Positions 40,718-49,426 of a stretch of DNA of 64,000 bases are shown piece after piece. The stretch is from contig CAVRNT010000001.1 of assembly GCA_963722655.1 (NCBI GenBank), forward strand, positions 17,447-81,446, given 5' to 3'. The notes below the pieces were generated by a model that was given only the letters and a program-made list of their open reading frames with translations, was not told where the DNA came from and did not search any database. Source of the DNA: an uncultured bacterium (GTDB lineage: Bacteria; Patescibacteriota; Minisyncoccia; UBA6257; GWB1-50-10). The position numbers and the translations under genes are program-made. How positions within the stretch are numbered: the stretch's first letter is position 1; each line of letters begins with the position of its first letter.

Positions 40718-41218
40718 ATCCAACACCGCATCAATAATCAGATAATTGCTCCCGAGCTCCGCGTCGTCGGAGCGGACGGCGAGAACTTCGGGGTGATGTC
40801 CAAAGCCCAAGCCCTGGCCTTAGCCGAGGAGAAGGGACTGGACCTCATCGAAATCGCGCCCCTGGCCAAGCCGCCGGTCGCGCGAATCATCAATTACGAC
40901 AAGTTCCGCTACCAGCAGGAGAAGGAGGAGAAGAAGCAGCGCCAAGCCCAGAAACAAAAGGAATTGAAGCAGGTCCGCATCACCGCCCGGGCGGCCAAGA
41001 ACGATCTCGCGATCCGGGCCGAGGCGGCGGTCAAATTCCTCGAAGCCGGCCACCAGGTGGAGATTAACCTCTTCCTCCGGGGCCGCGAGAAGGGCAATAA
41101 GCAGTGGGCCTTGCAGAAAATGCAGGGATTCCTTAGTATGATTACCGTTCCTTACGTCCTCACTATGGCTCCCAAGCCGGGTGGACGGGGGTTTGTCGCT
41201 CAGATCGCTAAAAAGTAA
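40718..41218 (+). CDS. infC: translation initiation factor IF-3
   Basis: The open frame upstream of the first ATG/GTG encodes IQHRINNQIIAPELRVVGADGENFGV, which aligns with E. coli IF3 [23 protein letters not shown]. The start is therefore a non-canonical AUC/AUU-class codon near 40718-40730, as is usual for infC. The C-terminal domain is ...VEINLFLRGREKG.... Confidence 0.7.
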   Translation: MQHRINNQIIAPELRVVGADGENFGVMSKAQALALAEEKGLDLIEIAPLAKPPVARIINYDKFRYQQEKEEKKQRQAQKQKELKQVRITARAAKNDLAIRAEAAVKFLEAGHQVEINLFLRGREKGNKQWALQKMQGFLSMITVPYVLTMAPKPGGRGFVAQIAKK

Positions 41219-41394
41219 TGGCATCCAAAAGCATCCAAAAACGGATTCGCATCACGAAGTCCGGGAAGGTCATGCGCCGCGCGACGACCCTTGGGCATTC
41301 GCGGGGCAATAAGAACACCACCCAGATGAAACGCAAGAAGAATTCGCGCGGTTTGAATTTGCCGACGGAGAAGATTACTAGATACCTTTATTAG
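41218..41394 (+). CDS. rpmI: 50S ribosomal protein L35
   Basis: 58-aa basic ORF MASKSIQKRIRITKSGKVMRRATTLGHSRGNK.... Its ATG overlaps the infC stop (TAATG). It is not in the ORF track because it is shorter than 60 aa. Confidence 0.75.
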   Translation: MASKSIQKRIRITKSGKVMRRATTLGHSRGNKNTTQMKRKKNSRGLNLPTEKITRYLY

Positions 41395-41429
41395 GTAATT
41401 AGTGAATTGGTTAATTAGCATCATAAAAC

Positions 41430-41774
41430 ATGCCCAGGGTTAAAAGAGGTACCATCGCCAACAAAAAAAGGAAACGGACGCTCAAGCGGACCAAGGGGTT
41501 CCGCTGGGACCGGAAGAGCAAGGAGCGGGCCGCCAAGGAGGCCTTGCTCCATTCATTGAGCCGTAAGTTCAAGGGACGCAAGGAGAAGAAACGCATCTAC
41601 CGCACCCTCTGGAACGCGAAGATCAACGCCGCAGTCCGCGACGAAGGGATGAACTATAGCCGGTTCATCAATGCGCTTCACAAGAAAGGCGTGAAGCTGG
41701 ACCGGAAGGTCCTTGCCGATATCGCCGAGCACGAACCGGAGGTCTTCAAGAAGATAGTGGAGTTCGTTAAATAA
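41430..41774 (+). CDS. rplT: 50S ribosomal protein L20
   Basis: MPRVKRGTIANKKRKRTLKRTKGFRWDRK... is canonical L20. Confidence 0.9.
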   Translation: MPRVKRGTIANKKRKRTLKRTKGFRWDRKSKERAAKEALLHSLSRKFKGRKEKKRIYRTLWNAKINAAVRDEGMNYSRFINALHKKGVKLDRKVLADIAEHEPEVFKKIVEFVK

Positions 41775-41775
41775 C

Positions 41776-41800
41776 CCGCCTCATCGGCGGGTTTTTAGTT
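41776..41800. terminator. terminator after rplT (overlaps 3' end of convergent NUDIX gene)
   Basis: aacccgcc-tcat-cggcgggttttt. Confidence 0.65.
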
Positions 41801-42292
41801 GGCGGAGGGAGGCGGAATGGCGGCCGGCGGCATGGCCGGAGCGGGCTTGCGCTTCCGAGCGTCGCTCATCAGCGTGTCGTAGGCGCGCTTCAGATTCTTC
41901 TTTAGGGTCGGGGCTTTGAGCATCCGTATCGCGTCGCGGTAAAGGAACCACGCGTAGCCCTGATGCTCCCTGGGGACGATCGTGATGAGCTGCTTCGTGG
42001 TCTCCGCGAGGTAATAGATCACGAGGCGCGGAACCCGCTCTTTTTCCTTGGTATAGAAGACGAAACGGTCGGTCACCCGGAACCAATCCCTAAAACGCAG
42101 GTCCTTTGGGCTTAAGCCGGTCTCTTCCTCCACCTCCCGAAGGGCCGCTTTGAAGCTCTTTTCCCCCTCAACGAGCTTGCCCTTGGGGAAGTTCCAATAA
42201 TAGCCGCCGTGGTACAAGAGGAGAAATTTTATTCCTTCGGGCGTCCGGCGATAGACGATTATCCCGGCCGAAACAGAAACATTTTCTTTCAT
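41795..42292 (-). CDS. NUDIX hydrolase
   Basis: Nudix box GKLVEGEKSFKAALREVEEETGL. The start is taken at Met9 (MKENVSV). Confidence 0.8.
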   Translation of the reverse strand: MKENVSVSAGIIVYRRTPEGIKFLLLYHGGYYWNFPKGKLVEGEKSFKAALREVEEETGLSPKDLRFRDWFRVTDRFVFYTKEKERVPRLVIYYLAETTKQLITIVPREHQGYAWFLYRDAIRMLKAPTLKKNLKRAYDTLMSDARKRKPAPAMPPAAIPPPSAN

Positions 42293-42331
42293 CCGACTTA
42301 TTCTACCACCGGTCACGACCGGACGGCAAAA

Positions 42332-44080
42332 TCAGCGGCCGGATTTCAAGAATTTGAGCATCTTTTCGAGCGGCCAAGCGTTGATGATGTCCGCTTTCGA
42401 AGCCCACCCCCGCCTGGCTTGGGCGATGCCGTATTTCAAAAAGCCGAAGTGGCTTGGGGCGTGGGCATCGGAGTCGATGGACATCTTGACCCCGGATTTA
42501 ACGCAATCGCGGATGTACTCGTCTGAGAGGTCCGCTCGTTCTGGTAGAGCGTCTATTTCCAATATCGTGCCGGTCTTCTTGGCCGCAGCGATCACCGCCT
42601 TCATATCCACGTCATACGGCGGGCGCTTACCGATGATCCTCCCCGTCGGATGAAAGAGAATGTCGACGTTTCGGTTATGCATCGCCTTAACGATGCGCTC
42701 CGTCTGCTCTTTGCGCGGCAGACTGAAGAGCGAGTGGATCGAGACGCCCACGACATCGAGTTTCGAGAGGACCCGGTCTGGCAGGTCGAGCGAGCCGTCC
42801 TTCAAAATGTCGCATTCCGTCCCCTTCAATATCTTGAAACTTGTCCCTTGTTTCTTGTATCTCGTATTCAGCTTGTCTATCTCTTTCCACTGCTCCTGGA
42901 TCCTTTTTTCGTCCAGGCCGTGGGTCATCGCCAGGCGCTTCGTATGGTCGGTGATGGCGATGTATTCCAAACCGATCGCTTGAGCCGCCTTGGCCATTTC
43001 TTCGATGGAGGCCTCGCCGTCCGTCCAATCGGTTTGGGTCTGAAGATCGCCCTTGAGGTCGCCGTAGCCGATTATCTTCGGCAACTCTCCCTTCGTCGCC
43101 AGCTCTATCTCCCCGCGGTTCTCGCGGAGCTCGGGCGGGACAGGGACCATACCGAAGGCCTTATAGAGTTCATCCTCCGTCCGGCCAGCCAAGAACCTCC
43201 GCCCTTTCCAAAGCCCGTACTCGTTGAGCTTCCAGCCCTTCTTTTCGGCGGTGGTGCGCAAAGCGACGTTATGCTCCTTGGAGCCGGTGAAGTAGTTCAA
43301 GGCGGCGCCGTACGACTGCCGGGGCACGACCCGCACGTCCACTTGGAGGCCGCTCCCCAGGCGCACCATCGATTTGGTGTTGCCCTTCGCGAGGACTCTG
43401 GCGACGTCCGGCATCGAGGTAAAAACATCCATCACCCTCTTGGGCTCATCGGCAATCACGAGGAAGTCGGCATCGCCGATCGTCTCCTTGAGCCGCCGGG
43501 CCGAGCCGGCGAGGACTACCTTCTCCGTCCCCTTGACCGCCTGGAGGCGCTTCTCGATGGCTTCGAGCTCCGGCGCGACATAGGCGAGGACGAAACGCTT
43601 GCCGCTCTCCGCCGCGAAACCCAGACCTTTTTCCAAGTTCTTCTCGCTCTTCTCGCCGAAACCGGCGAGGCTGCTCACCTTCCCCGCCCGCACCGCCTTT
43701 TCGAGTCCCTTCAGGTTCCGCACGCCCAATTTTTTGTACAAAAGATAGATCCGCTTCGGCCCCAAACCTTCGACGCGGGAGAGGCCGGCGACGTCCACCG
43801 GCACGGCCTTCTTGAGCTTTTGGTAGTACTTGAGGTGGCCCGTCTTCACGAGCTCCTCGATCTTCAAGGCGATCGCCTCGCCGACGCCGGGAATCTTTCG
43901 CAGGGCGCCCAGCCCGCCCGCAGCGTAAAGGGCGGGGACCGTGTCGCTCAAGCTCTCCACGCCTTCGGCGGCGCGGCGGTAGGCCACGGGCTTGAAGGCG
44001 ATGTCCTGCATCTCCAAATAATCGGCGATGTCCTTAAGGACCTGCGCGACCTCCTGGTTGGAAATCTTATCGCGGGGCAT
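42332..44080 (-). CDS. polX: DNA polymerase X family protein with C-terminal PHP domain
   Basis: 582 aa. N-terminal HhH/Pol-beta-like region (QEVAQVLKDIADYLE..., GIGEAIALKIEE). Pol-beta palm. C-terminal PHP histidinol-phosphatase-like motifs (HTHT.., DSDAH). Confidence 0.85.
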   Translation of the reverse strand: MPRDKISNQEVAQVLKDIADYLEMQDIAFKPVAYRRAAEGVESLSDTVPALYAAGGLGALRKIPGVGEAIALKIEELVKTGHLKYYQKLKKAVPVDVAGLSRVEGLGPKRIYLLYKKLGVRNLKGLEKAVRAGKVSSLAGFGEKSEKNLEKGLGFAAESGKRFVLAYVAPELEAIEKRLQAVKGTEKVVLAGSARRLKETIGDADFLVIADEPKRVMDVFTSMPDVARVLAKGNTKSMVRLGSGLQVDVRVVPRQSYGAALNYFTGSKEHNVALRTTAEKKGWKLNEYGLWKGRRFLAGRTEDELYKAFGMVPVPPELRENRGEIELATKGELPKIIGYGDLKGDLQTQTDWTDGEASIEEMAKAAQAIGLEYIAITDHTKRLAMTHGLDEKRIQEQWKEIDKLNTRYKKQGTSFKILKGTECDILKDGSLDLPDRVLSKLDVVGVSIHSLFSLPRKEQTERIVKAMHNRNVDILFHPTGRIIGKRPPYDVDMKAVIAAAKKTGTILEIDALPERADLSDEYIRDCVKSGVKMSIDSDAHAPSHFGFLKYGIAQARRGWASKADIINAWPLEKMLKFLKSGR

Positions 44081-44081
44081 C

Positions 44082-44723
44082 TTAAAGCTTGTCGGCCTGC
44101 CGTTCCGGCGTCACGGTCTGCGGCGGGCTCCACTTGAGCATATCCTTCCGGATCGTGAGGAAAAGCAAGGAGACGGCGAGGGAGATGACGCTCGCGGCGA
44201 TGAAGAGGATGCCGAAGCCGAACTGCTCGGCCAGATATCCCCCGAGGGCCGCCGCCGCGGCCGTCGCGAGACCGACCGAAAAGACGCTCTCCAAGCTCCA
44301 CTCGAAGCTGATGCGCCACTGGTCCACGTGCCGGGTGAAGATGCCGTACCAGCTCGGGACCGCCCAGGCCATGAAGAAACCATAAAGGGCCTCGACGCCG
44401 TAAAGGGCCAAGGGCGTCCGGACGAAAAAGTAGAGCAGGGGCACGAAGGCCTCCAAGAAATAGCCCCAGAACATTGCCCAAAAGGCCAATATTTCGCCGT
44501 TCCGTCTATCCAGTATCTTGGCGATGGGGAGCTGAAAGATGGACTTCACGACCCAATAGACCGCTGTGGCGAAGCCGGCCACCTCGACGGAACCGCCGCC
44601 GATCTGGTTCGTGACGAAGACGGCGAAAATGGGCGCAAAGGAGCCGAAAGCGTAGTTCGTGAAGAAATCCACGACGACCATAGTCCTCACGACCTCGTTG
44701 AAGCCTTTGAATTTCTTGAACAT
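44082..44723 (-). CDS. 6-TM membrane protein (MFS-half-like)
   Basis: 213 aa with six hydrophobic helices. It resembles the C-terminal half of an MFS transporter. It is separated from the downstream polX start by 1 nt and directly abuts the upstream AAA+ gene stop. Confidence 0.5.
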   Translation of the reverse strand: MFKKFKGFNEVVRTMVVVDFFTNYAFGSFAPIFAVFVTNQIGGGSVEVAGFATAVYWVVKSIFQLPIAKILDRRNGEILAFWAMFWGYFLEAFVPLLYFFVRTPLALYGVEALYGFFMAWAVPSWYGIFTRHVDQWRISFEWSLESVFSVGLATAAAAALGGYLAEQFGFGILFIAASVISLAVSLLFLTIRKDMLKWSPPQTVTPERQADKL

Positions 44724-47204
44724 CTAACTGAAGGTAAATTCGCCGCCCTTAGAGCTCAAGTTCAACTTGCTCCCCCGTTTCACCTCGCCCCGGAGGATTT
44801 TGTCGGCCAGGACGCTCCTCACCTTCTCCTCGATCACGCCCCGGAGCGGCCGCGCGCCGAAGACGGGGCTCCAGCCGATCTTCACGATCGCCTCGAGGGC
44901 CGCTTGATCGTAGGCTAGAGAAATGTTATTGGATTGTTTCAAGGTCAAGGCGAGCTCCTGCATCATCAGGTCCGTTACCTTGACGAGCTCGGAAGGCGTG
45001 AGCTCCCGGAAGACGATGATGTCCGAGAAGCGGTTCAAGAGCTCCGGTTTGAAAAAGGTCGTGAGCTTCTGTTTCAAGGTGTCGGCGATCTCTTCCACCT
45101 TTTTCCCCGCCTCGATCTCGGATTTGATGTAGTCCGAGTGGGCGTTCGAGGTCGCGATGATCGCGGTGTTCGTGAAATCGACGGTCCTCCCCAAGCTGTC
45201 CGTGAGGCGGCCGTCGTCGAAGACCTGGAGGAAGAGGTTCAAGATATCGGGACTCGCCTTTTCGAACTCATCGAGGAGCACCAGCTGGTACGGCTTTTCG
45301 CGGACGGCGTCCGTAAGTACCCCGGGCCGGCTCCCGTCCGGCGCGCCGATGAAGCGGTCGAGGGACTCCTTTTCTTGGAACTCCGTCATATCGAAACGGG
45401 CCATCGCCTCCCGGCTTCCGAACTGCACCTCGGCGAGGATCTTCGCGAGCTCGGTCTTCCCGACGCCCGTGGGCCCCACGAAAAGGAAGCTGGCGATCGG
45501 CCCGCCGGCGCGTTTCAAGCCGCTCCGGTATTCGCGGAGCGAGCGGGAGACGGCCGAGACAGCCGCTTCCTGGTTGATGAGCTTCTGGTGGATCCTGTCT
45601 TCCAAATTCAAAAGTTCTTTTGCCTCCGCCCGGCCGGCCTTCTGAATGGGCACCCGGCTCAATTTTTCGGCCAAGGCCGTCACATCCTCTTCGGTCACCG
45701 CCTTCTTTCGCAGATCCTTGAGCGCGGCGAGCGTCTGTTTCAAAAGGTCGGCGGCGCTCCCCGGCAGGAGCTTCCCCGTGAAATAGCGGTGGGCCAACTC
45801 CACGGCGGCCTTGACCGCCCCGAAGGTGACGAAGATCCCGTACTCCTTTTCGAGAAGCAGGGATTCGTAGATCAAAAATTGCACGGCCTCGGCCTCGCCG
45901 ATCTCGTCCACGCGGACGACCTCGAACTGCTCCAAAAAGTCGGTTCGGGGTTCGATGAACTGCTTGAATTCGCGGGGATAGGTCTCGGCGACGACCGGGA
46001 TCTCGGCGTCCTTGATGACGGGCAAGACGAGGTCGATCGCGTTCAAACCGCCCTTCTCGGCCGTCTTGAACCAATCCTGGACGTTCGGGAGGAAGAGGAC
46101 GATGTTCCCGGCGCCCACAATTTCACTCGCGATGGTCTTGAGGCGCCCGGCCATCACGTCGGGCGTCGCGCTCGCGAGGAGCGTCGCGATATCGAGGGAG
46201 ACGAGGCGTTTGTCGAAAAGGATCGGCGGGACGTCGTCCTTGACCATCCGGAAGGCGAGATGGGCGATCATCGTGGACTTGCCGCTTCCCGGCTCGCCCA
46301 CAAGGAGGGCGTTTGGTTTGCCGGGCCGGGAGATAACCTCAAGGAGGCCAGCGAACTCCTTCTCGTGGCCGACCATGAGGCCGATCTTTTCCCCTCGCGC
46401 GAGGTCGGTGAGGTCGGTACCGAACTGGTCCAGGGTCGGCGTGGGCCGGGCCGTCCAGGCGCGGTTCATCGTCCGGTGGCGCAGATAGCCCGGCCGGTGG
46501 ACGAAACCGCCCAAGGTCGCCGGCAGATAGCGCAGCCCGGCGAACTTCCGGTGGAAGCGGCCGAAGATGACGGCCGCGGCGGCATCCACCGGGTCCACCT
46601 CCACCGCATCGAAGAGCATCTGGACCTCTGGGTCGCCGAGGACGAAGAGGGCGGCGAAGAGATTGCGGGGCTCGATGAAGTTCTCCCCCGAACGCAGCGC
46701 CGATCCATAGGCCTTGAGGATGAACGTCTCGAAAGCCGTTTCCGCGTCCGGATGACGCTCGCCGCTCTGGTTCAAAATGCCCTCCAACTTGTCCTTGAGG
46801 TTGCCAAGGTCCACCGAGAGGCGCTTCAGGACCTCGCGGATGTCGCGGCGCTCAATGAGCGAGAGGAGTAGAACGAGGTTGAAGTTCGCTCCGGTCACGG
46901 AGGTGCGGCGCTTGGCGTAAGCGAGGGCGCGGGCCGAAGCGGGTGTGATGGCTAAAGCGAGATTGGCGCGCGTCCGGCGGGAGATTTCGGAGAGCGTCCG
47001 CTCGCCCTTCTTGGCGTGGAAGAGCCGGTCGAGGAGGAAAGTGGCGATGAGGAGCCCGACGTAGAAGAGATGACTTTGGGGCGCCATTAAGAGGACGAGG
47101 GCGGCGACCGTAAGGACGATGTAAGCGCAGATCGTGACGAGGCGGGCGGTGAAATCCCCGGCCGGGCTCAAATTGAATCTCCTGTCCTTGAAATAGGTCT
47201 CCAT
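44724..47204 (-). CDS. membrane-anchored Hsp100/Clp-family AAA+ ATPase (two AAA modules)
   Basis: Two N-terminal TM helices (LVTICAYIVLTVAALVLLM, LFYVGLLIATFLL). A Clp_N-like repeat region. D1 Walker A GEPGSGKST. D2 Walker [13 protein letters not shown] and Walker B LVLLDEFEKA. No IGF loop. The start is taken at Met32 (METYFKD), which abuts the stop of the upstream small ORF. Confidence 0.75.
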   Translation of the reverse strand: METYFKDRRFNLSPAGDFTARLVTICAYIVLTVAALVLLMAPQSHLFYVGLLIATFLLDRLFHAKKGERTLSEISRRTRANLALAITPASARALAYAKRRTSVTGANFNLVLLLSLIERRDIREVLKRLSVDLGNLKDKLEGILNQSGERHPDAETAFETFILKAYGSALRSGENFIEPRNLFAALFVLGDPEVQMLFDAVEVDPVDAAAAVIFGRFHRKFAGLRYLPATLGGFVHRPGYLRHRTMNRAWTARPTPTLDQFGTDLTDLARGEKIGLMVGHEKEFAGLLEVISRPGKPNALLVGEPGSGKSTMIAHLAFRMVKDDVPPILFDKRLVSLDIATLLASATPDVMAGRLKTIASEIVGAGNIVLFLPNVQDWFKTAEKGGLNAIDLVLPVIKDAEIPVVAETYPREFKQFIEPRTDFLEQFEVVRVDEIGEAEAVQFLIYESLLLEKEYGIFVTFGAVKAAVELAHRYFTGKLLPGSAADLLKQTLAALKDLRKKAVTEEDVTALAEKLSRVPIQKAGRAEAKELLNLEDRIHQKLINQEAAVSAVSRSLREYRSGLKRAGGPIASFLFVGPTGVGKTELAKILAEVQFGSREAMARFDMTEFQEKESLDRFIGAPDGSRPGVLTDAVREKPYQLVLLDEFEKASPDILNLFLQVFDDGRLTDSLGRTVDFTNTAIIATSNAHSDYIKSEIEAGKKVEEIADTLKQKLTTFFKPELLNRFSDIIVFRELTPSELVKVTDLMMQELALTLKQSNNISLAYDQAALEAIVKIGWSPVFGARPLRGVIEEKVRSVLADKILRGEVKRGSKLNLSSKGGEFTFS

Positions 47205-47205
47205 A

Positions 47206-47550
47206 TCAAATGAAAAGGTGAGCAACGAGATATATCGGGAAGATAAGCCAAACCGCGTAAACGGCGATCGCCAGCGCGCCGAGGACGAGGTAAACAACGC
47301 CGCCGACGATGAGCCGGAAGAGGCGTAGAGGCAATCCGATGACGCGACCGAGGAGCGAGTAGTCGCCGTAGAGCGGCTCTAGGAGGTGCCGGAGGGTGAC
47401 GCGAAAGGCCAAGATCCGATCCAAATCGTGGAACCGCTCGATGAGGAAATTGAAATAGACGCGGGCGCTTCCTAGATACCAATGCCGCAAGAACTCGGCG
47501 ATCCGGAAGAGTAATTGCTCGCCCAAATAAACGAAAACCATCGGATTCAT
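47206..47550 (-). CDS. small hypothetical membrane protein
   Basis: 114 aa with two C-terminal hydrophobic helices. Its stop is 1 nt before the Met32 start of the AAA+ gene. Confidence 0.4.
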   Translation of the reverse strand: MNPMVFVYLGEQLLFRIAEFLRHWYLGSARVYFNFLIERFHDLDRILAFRVTLRHLLEPLYGDYSLLGRVIGLPLRLFRLIVGGVVYLVLGALAIAVYAVWLIFPIYLVAHLFI

Positions 47551-47807
47551 TATAATCCGGATTTAAGGAGGATGCTAAACGATGCCAGCAATAAAACCCT
47601 GGTGCCCCCTCATGGTCTCAGAATTGTAGGAATGAGACCACCTAAGGGTTATTTGACTATCTTTCAAAATAACGAATCTAGCCCTCTCGGTAGCATTCGT
47701 TATTTTATTGTAAGGCAAAACAAGAGCTTTTCAAATAGAAAAGGTGCTTTGGGATTGTTACGAAAGTGACAAGTTTTTGAGACTTTGGGATGTAACATTC
47801 TCAAACT

Positions 47808-48344
47808 CTAGACCAACCGCACATCCATCAGTCTTATCGTAAGCATATGTTCGCTTACTCTATAAAGTTTTGAAAGAACTTGAAGATCTGGGCTATTACC
47901 AAAATCCTTCTTTATAAATCCCGTTGGTACTAAAAGTTCTCCGGCAAAAAGATTGGCTTCTCTCTCGTTGTGGGTTCCATCATCCTGTTTATTTGTGCAT
48001 GTGTGTCCTAATAGTAAATGACCGATTTCGTGGGCTATGGTAAAGCGGCGTCGGCACCATGGCTGATTTCCATTGAAACCGATTGTAGCGTATTCAGAAT
48101 CAATTTCTTTACAAACCACCAACAAGCCGGAAACCTTATTTCCAATATTTATTTTTTTAACATCAAGATCATGAGTTGCCTGGAGATACTCAATAACACG
48201 CTGGAGCGAAACCGGCGCGGTGTTTATACTGGCTCCATTAATTACCTTCTGAGCAAGTACCTTGACCAGTTTTTTGCGCGGCCCCAAATCTGGAATATCA
48301 TTTTCCATCTCCACTCGTCTTGCTCCTTTGCTTAGCCAGATCAA
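47808..48344 (-). CDS. ImmA/IrrE-family (M78) metallopeptidase
   Basis: HEIGHLLLGH is the HEXXH zinc motif in the ImmA/IrrE context. It overlaps the XRE gene upstream by 47 nt. Confidence 0.8.
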   Translation of the reverse strand: MIWLSKGARRVEMENDIPDLGPRKKLVKVLAQKVINGASINTAPVSLQRVIEYLQATHDLDVKKINIGNKVSGLLVVCKEIDSEYATIGFNGNQPWCRRRFTIAHEIGHLLLGHTCTNKQDDGTHNEREANLFAGELLVPTGFIKKDFGNSPDLQVLSKLYRVSEHMLTIRLMDVRLV

Positions 48345-48648
48345 TAAACCGGAGAATAGCGTCCTTATCCTCCTTAGCGAGTTCTTTATCGGCTCGAAGA
48401 GCCACCTGAACAGTCGTGGTTGTTTTCTCGTCTTGTCCCAAGAAATATTTTATATCCCGGTGAAGTACCTCGCTTAGCCTCTGCAGAATAGATGAGGACA
48501 CCCCCCGTTCGCCACTTTCTATTAAAGAAATTGCGGTAGCCGACTGAAAGCCCAGAGCCTTGGCCAAATCGATCTGGGAAAGACCCATTTCCTCGCGGGC
48601 GGCCTTAATCCACGAACCTATATGGTTAGCGTTTGCTTCGTTTTTCAT
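48298..48648 (-). CDS. XRE-family helix-turn-helix transcriptional regulator
   Basis: GLSQIDLAKALGFQSATAISLIESGERGVS is the Cro/C1-type HTH. Confidence 0.8.
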   Translation of the reverse strand: MKNEANANHIGSWIKAAREEMGLSQIDLAKALGFQSATAISLIESGERGVSSSILQRLSEVLHRDIKYFLGQDEKTTTTVQVALRADKELAKEDKDAILRFIDLAKQRSKTSGDGK

Positions 48649-48750
48649 ATTGAAAGTATAGGCTTATCATTCCGATTTGACAATATTCACCATTTTGCTA
48701 AAATGGGTTTATCATTTTGGAAGGTCGCCAGTTAACCAGTAATAATCATC

Positions 48751-49023
48751 ATGAGCACATATCTCGTATCATATGACCTAATTCGCCCAGGGAAGGACTA
48801 TACCCACCTTCTCGAGCATCTTAGGAGCTACTCCGACTGGGCTAAGCCGCTCGAATCGGTATGGCTCTTGAAGAGCGGACTCGGGATCGCGGAGCTTCGC
48901 AATACGATCCAGGCCCATATGGATTCTAACGACAAGATTCTTGTCGTAGATATCACCGGAAAGGCTGCGGCGTGGGATAAACTCCCGAACGACGTCAGCA
49001 CGTGGATAAAAAACAACATATAA
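48751..49023 (+). CDS. hypothetical small protein (possible Cas2/VapD-like alpha+beta fold)
   Basis: 90 aa. MSTYLVSYDLIRPGKDYTHLLEHLRSYSDWAKPLESVWLLKS has the YxVxYDL...SVW pattern reminiscent of Cas2/VapD N-termini. No other support. Confidence 0.35.
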   Translation: MSTYLVSYDLIRPGKDYTHLLEHLRSYSDWAKPLESVWLLKSGLGIAELRNTIQAHMDSNDKILVVDITGKAAAWDKLPNDVSTWIKNNI

Positions 49024-49051
49024 AAAGTCGCTAAATAAATTATCGGCCATA

Positions 49052-49426
49052 GTGGCCAAAAAAACAACCATGGGATCAGGAGTAAATCGTAGGAAGGGGG
49101 ACAATATATCAATAACACCTCAAAAACCGCGTCCAATATCTGGCACGGGAGGAAGCTATTCCCCGACATCACAAGAAAATCGCAAGGGTCCGGTTTGCCC
49201 ATCTTCATTCCGGGCAGATTTAAGCCGCCACCTAATGATTGGTTCTCACCTATCATTGAGACAGCACGGCGAGACACTCGTTATTTACGCCGACTCCCAA
49301 GAAGTCGGACGCCTCAATCGAGCGACATCAAAAAGGATTATCAAATGCATTCTATCCGGATTTCGTTACGAAGGCGTCGTGAAGGAGAACGAGGGTCGAC
49401 AGTATGCTGAATTCACCCAAAAATAA
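49052..49426 (+). CDS. hypothetical protein
   Basis: 124-aa ORF. The N-terminus is low-complexity and basic. It overlaps the next gene by 23 nt. Confidence 0.3.
   Translation: MAKKTTMGSGVNRRKGDNISITPQKPRPISGTGGSYSPTSQENRKGPVCPSSFRADLSRHLMIGSHLSLRQHGETLVIYADSQEVGRLNRATSKRIIKCILSGFRYEGVVKENEGRQYAEFTQK

Noticed and set aside
42650-46871. 495-aa and 645-aa plus-strand ORFs overlapping polX and the AAA+ gene
   Set aside because: They are antisense to well-supported genes and have Arg/Gly/Asp-rich, repeat-like composition.
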